Origin: Candidatus Iainarchaeum sp.
GTDB lineage: Archaea; Iainarchaeota; Iainarchaeia; Iainarchaeales; JACQJH01
Assembly: GCA_016205145.1 (NCBI GenBank)
Contig: JACQJH010000002.1
Coordinates: forward strand, 60,001 to 92,000
Direction of reading: 5' to 3'
DNA length: 32,000 nucleotides
Below, in pieces: positions 15,319 to 24,022 of this stretch. Position 1 is the stretch's first letter. Each line of letters begins with the position of its first letter. A program made the position numbers and the translations under genes. The notes below the pieces were generated by a model. The model did not search any database, had not been told where the DNA came from, and was given only the letters and a program-made list of their open reading frames with translations.

Positions 15319-16332
15319 ATGCAACATTTTAAATATTTGGATGCATATTTTTGTTTGTCAACGGGGTTGGTTTTTTTGGACCGGAATCTTGCCTTGGAGT
15401 TTGTCAGAGTCACTGAAGGCGCGGCAATTTCCTGCGCGCGCTTTGTCGGCTTGGGCGACAAGAATGCGGCCGACCAGGCCGCAGTTGCGAGCATGCGCAA
15501 GCTTTTCAACGACATCCCCTTCAGCGGAACAATTGTCATCGGCGAAGGCGAACGCGACGAGGCGCCGATGCTTTTCATCGGCGAGAAGGTCGGAGGCGGA
15601 AACGGCACAAAGATCGACATTGCAGTCGACCCCCTTGAGTGCACGAACAGCGTTGCCTTCGGCAGGCCGAACGCCATTTCGGTTCTGGCTGCCGGGCCTG
15701 ACGGCTGTCTGCTGCATGCGCCCGACACTTACATGGACAAGATTGCGGTAGGCCCGAAAGCCGCGGATGCCATTGACATTCACGCGCAGGTTGCAGAGAA
15801 TTTGAAGCAGATTGCGGATGCATTGAACAAGGAAATCAAGGATCTGATGGTTGTTGTCCTGGACAGGCCGAGGCACGAAAAGCTGGTCGGGGAAATACGG
15901 GCTGCGGGAGCAAGGATTACACTGATTCCGGATGGCGACATTTCCGGGGCGATTGCGCCTTCGATTGAAGGTTCCGGAATAGACGTTTTGATGGGCGTCG
16001 GCGCGGCACCGGAAGGCGTGATTGCGGCCGCTGCATTGAAATGTTTGGGCGGAAACATGCAGGGCATCCTGAAACCGAGAAACGAAGAGGAAATCGAAAG
16101 GGCGAAAAAAATGGGCGTAAAGGATTTGAACAAGGTTTTTGAAATCGATGACCTGGCGAAAGGCGACAATCTCATGTTTGCTGCAACCGGCGTCACGGAC
16201 GGGCCGATGCTGAAGGGCATCAATTTCACGAGCTTTGGCGCGGTTTCGCATTCAATGGTCATGAGGAGCAGGAGCGGCACGGTCCGTTTCATTGAATCAA
16301 GGCATGTTTTTGAAAAAGAACCAAAATACTGA
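15319..16332 (+). CDS. glpX: Class II fructose-1,6-bisphosphatase (GlpX type); start uncertain
   Basis: LALEFVRVTEGAAISCARFVGLGDKNAADQAAVASMR..IVIGEGERDEAPMLFIGEKVG..DIAVDPLECTN closely parallels bacterial GlpX. A TTTAAATAT box at 15329-15337 lies inside the ATG-15319 reading. In-frame TTG 15367 or 15376 (M-DRNLALEF) therefore fits the GlpX N-terminus better. Confidence 0.88.
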   Translation: MQHFKYLDAYFCLSTGLVFLDRNLALEFVRVTEGAAISCARFVGLGDKNAADQAAVASMRKLFNDIPFSGTIVIGEGERDEAPMLFIGEKVGGGNGTKIDIAVDPLECTNSVAFGRPNAISVLAAGPDGCLLHAPDTYMDKIAVGPKAADAIDIHAQVAENLKQIADALNKEIKDLMVVVLDRPRHEKLVGEIRAAGARITLIPDGDISGAIAPSIEGSGIDVLMGVGAAPEGVIAAAALKCLGGNMQGILKPRNEEEIERAKKMGVKDLNKVFEIDDLAKGDNLMFAATGVTDGPMLKGINFTSFGAVSHSMVMRSRSGTVRFIESRHVFEKEPKY

Positions 16333-17281
16333 TGGAGGCTGGTTTGGATTGAATGGGCACAATTTCAGGGTTCCGGCGGATGTCCCGCCGGCAATGAGGG
16401 AAACGTATGCGAAAAACCTTTCCGAGGCAACGCATGGAACCGGAAAGCTGATGCTGTTCGCGGGCGACCAGAAACTTGAGCATTTGAACGACGATTTTTC
16501 CGGCGAAGGCATTGCAGCCGACGACAACGACCCTGAGCACATGTTCAAAATCGCAGGCAAGGCCACGATCGGGGTTTTCGCAGCTCAGCTCGGCCTGATT
16601 TCGCATTACGGTTTGGACTACAAAGGCGTGCCATACCTTGTAAAGCTGAATTCAAAAAGCCATCTCGTCAAAACCGACCAGGCCGATCCATTCAGCGGCC
16701 AGCTTGTCAGCGTGGATGACGTGGTTGAGTTCAAGAAAAACAGCGGCCTGAGGATTCTTGGCGTCGGATACACTGTTTATTTGGGAAGCGAATTTGAAAG
16801 CAGAATGCTTGCAGAGGCGTCCGAAATAGTCAGGAAGGCGCACCAGCACGGCCTGCTTGTCGTGTTGTGGGTTTACCCCCGCGGCAAGGCAGTGAAAGAC
16901 GAAAAGGACCCGCACCTGATTGCAGGCGCAACAGGCGCTGCAGCCTGCATCGGCTCGGATTTCGTCAAGGTCAATTATCCGAAAAAAGAGGGCGCGAATT
17001 CCGCTGAAATTTTCAGGGAAGCAGTGAAAGCTGCGGGCAGGACAAAGGCAATCTGCGCGGGCGGCTCCTCGACTGACGCTCGCAAGTTCCTGCAGGGCCT
17101 GCACGACCAAATCCATATCAGCGGCGCGCAGGGAAACGCGACCGGAAGGAACATCCACCAGAAGCCTTTGGATGAGGCTGTGAGGATGTGCGACGCGATT
17201 TCAGCGATAACCCTTGCCGGCAAAAGCGTGGAAGAAGCAATTGAAATCTACGATGGAAAGAAAAAGCTGGCTTTGAAATAA
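16304..17281 (+). CDS. Class I fructose-bisphosphate aldolase, DhnA/FbaB (archaeal-type) family
   Basis: LFAGDQKLEH, VKLNSKS, VGYTVYLGSE, LWVYPRG and the Schiff-base region GSDFVKVNYP parallel E. coli FbaB motifs. The start is ambiguous (TTG 16292, ATG 16304, TTG 16349) and overlaps the glpX 3' end. Confidence 0.8.
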   Translation: MFLKKNQNTDGGWFGLNGHNFRVPADVPPAMRETYAKNLSEATHGTGKLMLFAGDQKLEHLNDDFSGEGIAADDNDPEHMFKIAGKATIGVFAAQLGLISHYGLDYKGVPYLVKLNSKSHLVKTDQADPFSGQLVSVDDVVEFKKNSGLRILGVGYTVYLGSEFESRMLAEASEIVRKAHQHGLLVVLWVYPRGKAVKDEKDPHLIAGATGAAACIGSDFVKVNYPKKEGANSAEIFREAVKAAGRTKAICAGGSSTDARKFLQGLHDQIHISGAQGNATGRNIHQKPLDEAVRMCDAISAITLAGKSVEEAIEIYDGKKKLALK

Positions 17282-17349
17282 GAGATTTGTTTTAAACTGA
17301 AAAAAAGCCACACCAAGCCAGGGCCGCTTTTTCACTCGCCATATCCGCT

Positions 17350-18321
17350 TCAAACAATTTTTCCGGAGCCGATTATTCTAGGCTTGGAATCCACGTCAAT
17401 CAGCGTTATCTTTTCCCCTTTGCACAGCGCAATCGGCTTGGCTGTCTCGATTTTCAGCGGGTTTTCAGCGGAAACTATTTTGCAGCCCGTAATCTGGCAC
17501 CTGCACTGCAATTGCAGTGAAAGCTGCGGTGAAAGGTCTTTTTTGAAATATTTTGACTTGCGGAATTCCGCGGAAAACTGCTTTGAACCGGAAAAAGCCG
17601 GGTCGTTTGTCAGGACGAATCCGCGCGAAAAATCCTTTGCTTCAATGCCCTTCAACGCCAAACCCACGCGCTCCGGCTGTTCGGCCTCATTAAAGTCCTT
17701 GTCCTGCTTTTGGATGGATTTGACCACAACCTCCGCTTCCAGAGGCAAAACTTTCAGCTTGTCAAACTTTTTCAGCCGGCCGGACGCGACAAAACCCAGG
17801 CCGATTTCGCCGATGCCTTTAACGTTGAACATCGAATCCAAATCCACAACCGTTCCGCCTTGTTCCGGTGGCAGTTCAACCTGCGCCACCCTGTCGAGTA
17901 TTTCCTCCCGCGTTATGCGCTCAAACTTTTCAAGAGTCGTTCCGGAAACAAGCTTGTTGAACATTGATTCGTCCACTCCCGGGGCAAGGATGATGAAGCC
18001 TTTTTCCTTTTGCATTGCGTCGATTGCCACGATCAGCTCGCCCAGAACAGCGTCAATGCGCCCGGCTTCAAGCAAAACGGTTTTTGACAGGAAAAGCGCC
18101 TGCAAAAGCGAATTGATTTTTTCTGGATGGCTTGCCGGCAGGATGAACGTCAAAACCTTGCCATTGTGGGGGCGGTGGTAGAACTCCAAATCGGATTCGC
18201 TTTCCCTTTTGCCGAGAAACTTTGCAAGCTCCCCGCTGAAAACCGCGCACGTCATCGAATTCATAAGCTTCGGGAACAATCTTGCCTGCGAATTGTTTAA
18301 ATTGCTTGCCGAAAGTTTCAC
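17350..18321 (-). CDS. EF-Tu/SelB-like protein with a degenerate G domain
   Basis: The domain-II-like barrel VVDLDSMFNVKGIGEIGLGFVASGRLKKFDKLKV..VVVKSIQ..AEQPERVGLALKGIEAKDFSRGFVL is clear. The N-terminal region lacks GxxxxGK(S/T), DxxG and NKxD, showing SGELAKFLGKRES and LPASHPE instead. The GTG start overlaps the upstream stop (GTGA). Confidence 0.65.
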   Translation of the reverse strand: MKLSASNLNNSQARLFPKLMNSMTCAVFSGELAKFLGKRESESDLEFYHRPHNGKVLTFILPASHPEKINSLLQALFLSKTVLLEAGRIDAVLGELIVAIDAMQKEKGFIILAPGVDESMFNKLVSGTTLEKFERITREEILDRVAQVELPPEQGGTVVDLDSMFNVKGIGEIGLGFVASGRLKKFDKLKVLPLEAEVVVKSIQKQDKDFNEAEQPERVGLALKGIEAKDFSRGFVLTNDPAFSGSKQFSAEFRKSKYFKKDLSPQLSLQLQCRCQITGCKIVSAENPLKIETAKPIALCKGEKITLIDVDSKPRIIGSGKIV

Positions 18322-18605
18322 AAACCACGTGCCGCAAGCAACGCTTTCCGATTTTTTGGCAGCCTTTTGATTTCCGCCTCGCGTTTCATCGCCCGGCTCT
18401 GGCTTTCCGCCTTTTCCGAGAAAACCAGCCTTACCGGCAATCTGGCGCGCGTGTACCTGCTGGCCTTTCCCGCGTTATGCGCTTCAACGCGTTTTTCCAA
18501 ATCATTCGTCCAGCCGCAGTAGAACGAATTGTCGGAGCACCGGAGCAGGTAAACAAAGAAACCCCGTTTTGCCCCCTTAACTTCACTGCCTGCCAAGGGT
18601 TTCAA
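18318..18605 (-). CDS. GIY-YIG nuclease superfamily protein (URI domain, YhbQ-like)
   Basis: FFVYLLRCSDNSFYCGWTNDLEKRVEAHNAGKASRYTRARLPVRLVF..REAEIKRL matches the GIY..YxG..R..H..G..Y..E pattern. TTG start (18605 or 18596). Confidence 0.8.
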   Translation of the reverse strand: MKPLAGSEVKGAKRGFFVYLLRCSDNSFYCGWTNDLEKRVEAHNAGKASRYTRARLPVRLVFSEKAESQSRAMKREAEIKRLPKNRKALLAARGL

Positions 18606-19050
18606 TCACCATGCTGCCGTTCTGCATGTAAACGACTGCCCTGTCCTTTTCCAAAAGCTTGTGCAAAACCGCCGGCCACGGAAAGCCGTCGGGCCGTTCA
18701 ATCACTATCTTGTAGCCCGCGCCCGCGATGCTTATCGAGGCGTTGCCTTCAACCAGGGACTTTAGTTCCTCGAAGAGGTCGGGCTGGCCTGTGGACATGA
18801 GCTCGATTGACCGGACATAGGCAAGGAACCTGTCCGAAACGCGCCTGTTGAGCTCCTTGAACTCCCTCACCACCATTTTCCTTATCTCGGCGCTTTCGAT
18901 TTCGCCCCGTTTTTTTCCGGCCTTAGACGCAATCCTTTCGGAAACCTCGGCGGCCTGTTTAGGGGTTGCCCCCGCCAGTTCCAGGGATTTTTTGAGCTTG
19001 AGTTCGTTGAAATCCTCCCTGGACCCGTCGCGTTTTATGACCTTCACCAT
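18583..19050 (-). CDS. ATP-cone domain protein with an uncharacterised C-terminal domain
   Basis: From ATG 19050: MVKVIKRDGSREDFNELKLKKSLELAG..SAEIRKMVVREFKEL is an ATP-cone signature. GGGGTGA lies 7 nt upstream and overlaps the transporter stop. Confidence 0.75.
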   Translation of the reverse strand: MVKVIKRDGSREDFNELKLKKSLELAGATPKQAAEVSERIASKAGKKRGEIESAEIRKMVVREFKELNRRVSDRFLAYVRSIELMSTGQPDLFEELKSLVEGNASISIAGAGYKIVIERPDGFPWPAVLHKLLEKDRAVVYMQNGSMVIETLGRQ

Positions 19051-19055
19051 TTTTT

Positions 19056-20459
19056 TCACCCCTGCAAAAGCAACGGAATCTGCAAGAAAATTGCGCCGAA
19101 CGCAATTAAAGACGTTACCGCCACAATGGGAAACGCGGTTTTTATCCATCCAAGCAGGTCCATGCCGTGAATCCCCTTCCTTTCAAGAATACCGATTGCC
19201 ACAATGTTTGCCGTGCTGCCAATGGGCGTGAGGTTACCGAAAAGCGTTCCGCCGAAAAGCATGCCCCACCACAGGTGCGCGGATGGAACGCCTGCGGACG
19301 CCATGCCCTGCACGATGGGAACGAAGATTGCGACCGCGAGGACGTTGTCAAGGACCGCGCTCAGGCCGCCGATGGAAAGCATTACGACCGCAAGCGTCCT
19401 GACCGGGTCTGTGCCCGTGAAACTGACCATCCTCTCCGCAATGATGTCGGTTACACCCAAAAACTTGAGCGAGCCCACGGAGGCAAACAGCATCATGAAG
19501 AAGATTATAGTCCACCAGTCAACGCGCGTTTCAAGCAGGCCCCTCGCGTTCTCGCCTTCCGCGAACAGGACAATCGCCGCGCCCACCAGCGCGGACGCGA
19601 TCAGGAGAACGTTTTTTTCAAGGTGCAGCGCCTCTTCAATGCCGTGATGCGATACGAGAAGGCCCAGAACAAGCAGGAAAACGCCCGCGCTGAACCACAG
19701 GTTACTGCCTTTCACGGGCTCGAAAAGTTCCCCTTTGGCGGCCCTCAGCTTCTCCGAAAATTCCTTCACTGCGGGCGAAAAAATTTTCATCGCCAGAGGA
19801 ATTGCCGCGGCCAGCGCGATGACGCTTATCGGCGCGGCCCACCTCAAAAAATCCGAGAACGAAAACCCGCCGCGCAGGGCAATGAGCACGCCTATGGGGT
19901 TTCCGACGACGGTTGCGCTGCTGCCGATATTGGTTGCGAAGACAATCATGAGAATGAACGGAAGGGGGTTCAGCTTGAGCTTTGACGTGAGGTGCAGCAT
20001 TATGGAGGTCATGAAAAGAATCGACGTGACCTCGTCCACGAGCGCCGCGGAAACCGCGGCAAGGACCGAAAACAGGACAAGCGACTTGAGGCCGTCATGT
20101 CCGGAAAAGTGCAGGAGCTTTGACACGATGAATTCGAAGAACTGGTTTTTTTCAAGGAACCCCACCACAATCATCATTGCAATCAAAAAGACGATTATGT
20201 CAAGGGACGCGAACTCGACGAAATGCGCTATGTCGAGGACGCCGAAAAAGAACAATGCGGCGATGCCGGCAAACGCAAAGGCAACCCTCATGCGCCAGAA
20301 CAAAAGCGTTCCGTAAATGAAGGACATCATCGTCGTGAGTGCGACGACCTGTTTTCCGTTCATGCCCGCGGCAATCGAAATTATTACGGTCAGGAGGACA
20401 AGGCCGAACAAGACCAAAAGCCTGTTGTGAAAACCGGAAAGCCGCATGAAAAAAACCAT
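19056..20459 (-). CDS. ArsB/NhaD-superfamily (CitMHS-like) ion/anion permease
   Basis: 467 aa, about 12 TM. FATNIGSSATVVGNPIGVLIA and GNLTPIGSTANIVAIGILERKG are the duplicated hairpin-loop motifs of this permease superfamily. Confidence 0.75.
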   Translation of the reverse strand: MVFFMRLSGFHNRLLVLFGLVLLTVIISIAAGMNGKQVVALTTMMSFIYGTLLFWRMRVAFAFAGIAALFFFGVLDIAHFVEFASLDIIVFLIAMMIVVGFLEKNQFFEFIVSKLLHFSGHDGLKSLVLFSVLAAVSAALVDEVTSILFMTSIMLHLTSKLKLNPLPFILMIVFATNIGSSATVVGNPIGVLIALRGGFSFSDFLRWAAPISVIALAAAIPLAMKIFSPAVKEFSEKLRAAKGELFEPVKGSNLWFSAGVFLLVLGLLVSHHGIEEALHLEKNVLLIASALVGAAIVLFAEGENARGLLETRVDWWTIIFFMMLFASVGSLKFLGVTDIIAERMVSFTGTDPVRTLAVVMLSIGGLSAVLDNVLAVAIFVPIVQGMASAGVPSAHLWWGMLFGGTLFGNLTPIGSTANIVAIGILERKGIHGMDLLGWIKTAFPIVAVTSLIAFGAIFLQIPLLLQG

Positions 20460-20525
20460 CTACCGATGATGTTATAAAAAAAAGCATTTTTTAAGGGTTG
20501 TTCAAGGATCGCACGGCCGCTGGCA

Positions 20526-21422
20526 TTATTTTCTCTGGATCAGGTACTTTCCGACCGCCTTTGAAAGGTCTTTCGCGTCCCACAATTCGACTTTGTTGCC
20601 TTTAGCCGCAACCTTTGCCTTCACTTCAAAGCCGGCTGTGCCGATAATGATGCCTTTTGTCGCGCCGATGCCGGGCGCCTTCATTTCCGCGAGAAGCCTG
20701 CCCATGCTTTCGGCTGAAACCAGCGCCTTTTCAGTGAACAATTGTATGCCAATCGCTTCCCCGCCTTTCCTTGCAAGCAAATGCAGGCCGAAATTGCCGA
20801 TGGGATGCACGACCTGCACGTCATAATCCATTTGCCTGAAAAGGTTCGCGCACATCGCCTCGAATTCCTGCCCGTCAAGGTTTGAAAAATTGGTTGTCAG
20901 GCCGAAATCGATTTTCTGGCGCTTCTGCGCCTCGTCAGGCGGAAGCCACAATCCCTTGTATTCGACAAGGCCCTTTGAAGACTGTTTGGCCAAAAACTTT
21001 TCCCTGCGCTCGGACAAGGCCTTTGCTTCCGACACCGCTTTCTCGTCATCCGATTGCCTGCCGACGGAAATCGCCCTGAAAAACCAGAAAAGCGGCATCC
21101 CCGCCAAAACCAGGAGGATGAACGCCGATGCAACAACCCATCCAAAGAACATGAACAGGCCAAAAACCAGCAGCAATGCGCCCCAAACGTAAAAACTGCG
21201 CTTCAAAGACGCGGGGTTGAAAAAAGGATTAACATCGCGTTCAAACTTTTTGAGCAGGAAAAAAACCGAAGCCGCGAAAACCAACCCGAAGATTGCCCCG
21301 ACCCATGGCAATCCGAAAAATGAAAAAACGCACAGAAGAGCAAGGGATGCAAGCGAAACCGCAAAAACCCTGTTCTTCAACAGCAAACCGGCAACTGGCG
21401 CGGGTGCAATCGGTTCAGGCAT
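20526..21422 (-). CDS. Membrane-anchored restriction-endonuclease-like (Mrr_cat-like) protein
   Basis: Four N-terminal TM helices, a charged linker, then LDGQEFEAMCANLFRQMDYDVQVV.PIGNFGLHLLARKGGEAIGIQLFT. This resembles the Mrr catalytic fold (FE..L...GY......gDgGiDi......vQcK), but with N/H/F at the expected D/D/K positions. Confidence 0.6.
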   Translation of the reverse strand: MPEPIAPAPVAGLLLKNRVFAVSLASLALLCVFSFFGLPWVGAIFGLVFAASVFFLLKKFERDVNPFFNPASLKRSFYVWGALLLVFGLFMFFGWVVASAFILLVLAGMPLFWFFRAISVGRQSDDEKAVSEAKALSERREKFLAKQSSKGLVEYKGLWLPPDEAQKRQKIDFGLTTNFSNLDGQEFEAMCANLFRQMDYDVQVVHPIGNFGLHLLARKGGEAIGIQLFTEKALVSAESMGRLLAEMKAPGIGATKGIIIGTAGFEVKAKVAAKGNKVELWDAKDLSKAVGKYLIQRK

Positions 21423-21557
21423 ATGCTATAACACAAAACTAAACGGTTTTCAGGTATTTATTCTTTTATTCGTTCTTTTTTGGAAAAAAAAGCCGCATAA
21501 CCGCACGCCATCCGACCGAGATTAGCTTAAAAAATACTAACGCGCAGGTGTGTTTCC

Positions 21558-22313
21558 ATGGTTGACGCCTGGCTTTATTCCATTGCAAGCGTTTTCGCCG
21601 TCAGCCTGATTTCACTTGTCGGCATCCTCACCATCCGGATGGACGCCGAACGCCTGAAAAAATTCGTGTTTTACCTTGTCGGATTCGCCGCCGGCGCATT
21701 GTTCGGCGACGCTTTCATCCACCTCCTGCCGGAAGCAGTTGAAACCTTCGGGTTCGGCCTTGAAATTTCGTTGTCAATCCTAGCCGGAATAGCGTTCTCG
21801 TTCATAGTTGAAAAGTTCATTCGCTGGCGCCACTGCCACATTCCCACATCCGAGGAACACCCGCACCCGATGGCAGTGATGAACCTTGTCGGCGACGCCG
21901 TGCACAACTTCATCGACGGCGCAATCATTGCTGCAGGCTACCTTACAAGCTTTCCCGTCGGATTCGCGACAACAATGGCTGTTTTCTTCCACGAAATACC
22001 GCAGGAAATAGGCGATTTCGGGGTCCTCATTCACGCCGGAGTTACAGGCAAAAAAGCGCTTTTCCTGAACTTTGTGACTGCGCTTACTGCAATTGCAGGC
22101 GCGATTGCAGTGCTTTTGCTGGGCTCGCTTTTCGACAAAATAGAATTCTTCATCACGCCTTTCGCCGCCGGAATGTTCATTTACATCGCCGGCTCCGACC
22201 TCATACCTGAATTGCACAAGCGCGAGGAAAACCTGGCGAAATCATTCTTCCTTTTGCTCGTGTTCTGCGCAGGAATAGCCGCCATGGCATTGCTGCTCGG
22301 CCTCGAGGCGTGA
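21558..22313 (+). CDS. ZIP-family divalent metal transporter (ZupT-like)
   Basis: HNFIDGAIIAAG and HEIPQEIGDFGVLIHAG are the ZIP signature helices. 251 aa, about 8 TM. Confidence 0.88.
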   Translation: MVDAWLYSIASVFAVSLISLVGILTIRMDAERLKKFVFYLVGFAAGALFGDAFIHLLPEAVETFGFGLEISLSILAGIAFSFIVEKFIRWRHCHIPTSEEHPHPMAVMNLVGDAVHNFIDGAIIAAGYLTSFPVGFATTMAVFFHEIPQEIGDFGVLIHAGVTGKKALFLNFVTALTAIAGAIAVLLLGSLFDKIEFFITPFAAGMFIYIAGSDLIPELHKREENLAKSFFLLLVFCAGIAAMALLLGLEA

Positions 22314-22340
22314 AAAAACAACCAGCTCCGGCAAGTAAAT

Positions 22341-22970
22341 CTAAAACATTCTCACGGCAATCAGGCGGCCTTTTTTGAGGCTTATCAGGGCCTTTCTTCC
22401 CGCAAGCTCGTTGCTCATTCCCCTGCCTTCGCCCACTTTCAGGGAAATGTTGCGCGCATTGAATTTGAATCCGGACAATGACAGGCCGGAAACGTTTTCA
22501 ACCGGAATCAGGGAAACCCTGTCGCCCTTTTTTCCTTTGACCGCGCGGCTTTTGCGCACAAGGAACAGCTCGCTTTTTTCCTCTAGAATGCGCGCGTCAA
22601 CGCCTTCCGGCACCTGCGACAACAGCATGACGTTTGAAAGCAGATGATCGGTGCGGCTGCCGGTTGCGCCCAAAAAAACTATTTCCCTGAAGCCGTGCTC
22701 CAGGGCAAGCCGCAAGGCAAGCTCCGAATCAGTGAAATTCATGTTTCTGGGATAGGCAAGCTTTTCCACTCCGGAAAAAATCCTTTTCGCGTTTTCCGTT
22801 ATCGAGTCCATGTCCCCGACAATTATGCCTGGAATGATTTTGGTCTTCAGGAAATGGTTCGCGCCGCCGTCCGCGCAAACGAGGAAATCGTTCTTTCGGC
22901 AGGTTTTTTCAATCAGGCCGGTTTCAATGTTGCCGTTGCAGGCTATGATTGCACGCTTTTGCGCAGCCAT
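22341..22970 (-). CDS. Thiamine pyrophosphokinase
   Basis: From ATG 22970: CADGGANHF..IPGIIVGDMDSI..NFTDSELALRLA..LGATGSRTDH, plus a C-terminal beta-sandwich. These are TPK catalytic motifs. Confidence 0.8.
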   Translation of the reverse strand: MAAQKRAIIACNGNIETGLIEKTCRKNDFLVCADGGANHFLKTKIIPGIIVGDMDSITENAKRIFSGVEKLAYPRNMNFTDSELALRLALEHGFREIVFLGATGSRTDHLLSNVMLLSQVPEGVDARILEEKSELFLVRKSRAVKGKKGDRVSLIPVENVSGLSLSGFKFNARNISLKVGEGRGMSNELAGRKALISLKKGRLIAVRMF

Positions 22971-22992
22971 GCTAAAAATGGCTTGGCAATAT

Positions 22993-23001
22993 GTTTTAAA
23001 C
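22993..23001. promoter_or_regulatory. Shared palindromic TATA element (GTTTTAAAC) between divergent TPK and VIT genes
   Basis: This is the only AT-rich box in the 62-nt divergent gap. It lies about 27 nt from ATG 22970 (-) and about 36 nt from ATG 23033 (+). Confidence 0.4.
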
Positions 23002-23032
23002 CAAATACAGGCCATTTGCCTTACTGGTCAAA

Positions 23033-23764
23033 ATGAGTTCTGTGACGCGGTTGTCGGAACAGCGCAGGCTGCATGACCTTAAAGAGAACACTGTTAGGGG
23101 CGCCATTCTCAGGCAGCTCATTCTCGGCGGGCAGGATGGAATTGTCAACACTTTGGGCATACTCCTGGGCGTTGCAACCGCGACAAGCGAGGCAAGGCTC
23201 GTCATAATAACCGGCATTGCCGCGGCTTTCGCGGAAAGCATTTCCATGGCGGCCGTTGCCTACACTTCGGCAAAGGCGCAGAAAGAATACTATCACAGGC
23301 AGCGCGAACGCGAAGCCTTTGAAATAGAAAGGTTTCCGGACATAGAGCGCGAGGAAGTCGAGCACATCTACAGGAAAAAGGGCTTTGACGGAAAAATCCT
23401 GAATGACATAGTAAGGCACATCACAAGCGACAGGCAGAGGTGGCTTGACGAAATGATGCTTAACGAGCTGGAGCTCACTGAAACTGATTTCGACCACCCT
23501 GCAAGGGAAGGCGTTGTAGTGGGATTCTCGTCGCTTGCCGGCGCGTTCGTGCCCCTGCTTCCATTCATTTTCCTGCCGGTCCAGGCGGCAATAGTACTGT
23601 CCGTGGCTTTCTCGGCATTGGTGCTGTTCTTTGCCGGCGCGTTCAAGACAAAGCAGACAATCGGCAACTGGGCGAAAGGCGGCATGGAACTCGCAATTGT
23701 CGGCATTTGCGCGGCAATCGCGGGCTACATCATCGGCATGCTTTTGGGCGCCAGCGGAATTTAA
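23033..23764 (+). CDS. VIT1/CCC1-family iron/manganese transporter
   Basis: LGGQDGIVNTLGILLGVA, AFAESISMAAVAYTS, a central acidic metal-binding helix region (EIERFPDIEREEVEHIY), and C-terminal TM helices. Confidence 0.85.
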   Translation: MSSVTRLSEQRRLHDLKENTVRGAILRQLILGGQDGIVNTLGILLGVATATSEARLVIITGIAAAFAESISMAAVAYTSAKAQKEYYHRQREREAFEIERFPDIEREEVEHIYRKKGFDGKILNDIVRHITSDRQRWLDEMMLNELELTETDFDHPAREGVVVGFSSLAGAFVPLLPFIFLPVQAAIVLSVAFSALVLFFAGAFKTKQTIGNWAKGGMELAIVGICAAIAGYIIGMLLGASGI

Positions 23765-23829
23765 AGCAGGCGGCTTTTGCGGCCTCCCGCCTAACCGGCT
23801 TAAAAAAGGTTCCAGACACAATATTTTCC

Positions 23830-24006
23830 ATGGCAATGAGGATTTTCACCGCGGCAGCGGTGATAGCCTTGCTGGCATTCCTCTGGCTTTATTACAATTA
23901 CGGTCTGCCGGTGCTTTTGGCCGGCTTAATCCTGGCGCTCCTGGCGGGATTCGTTGGAGTAGGGGCATTGAAAAAAGACAACGCCCAGAAAAGGAAATGG
24001 CAATAG
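23830..24006 (+). CDS. Hypothetical 58-aa two-TM membrane protein
   Basis: Internal ATG of track ORF 23707..24006: MAMRIFTAAAVIALLAFLWLYYNYGLPVLLAGLILALLAGFVGVGALKK. CTTAAAAAAGG lies about 25 nt upstream. Confidence 0.4.
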   Translation: MAMRIFTAAAVIALLAFLWLYYNYGLPVLLAGLILALLAGFVGVGALKKDNAQKRKWQ

Positions 24007-24022
24007 CATTCCCTTTCCCGGT

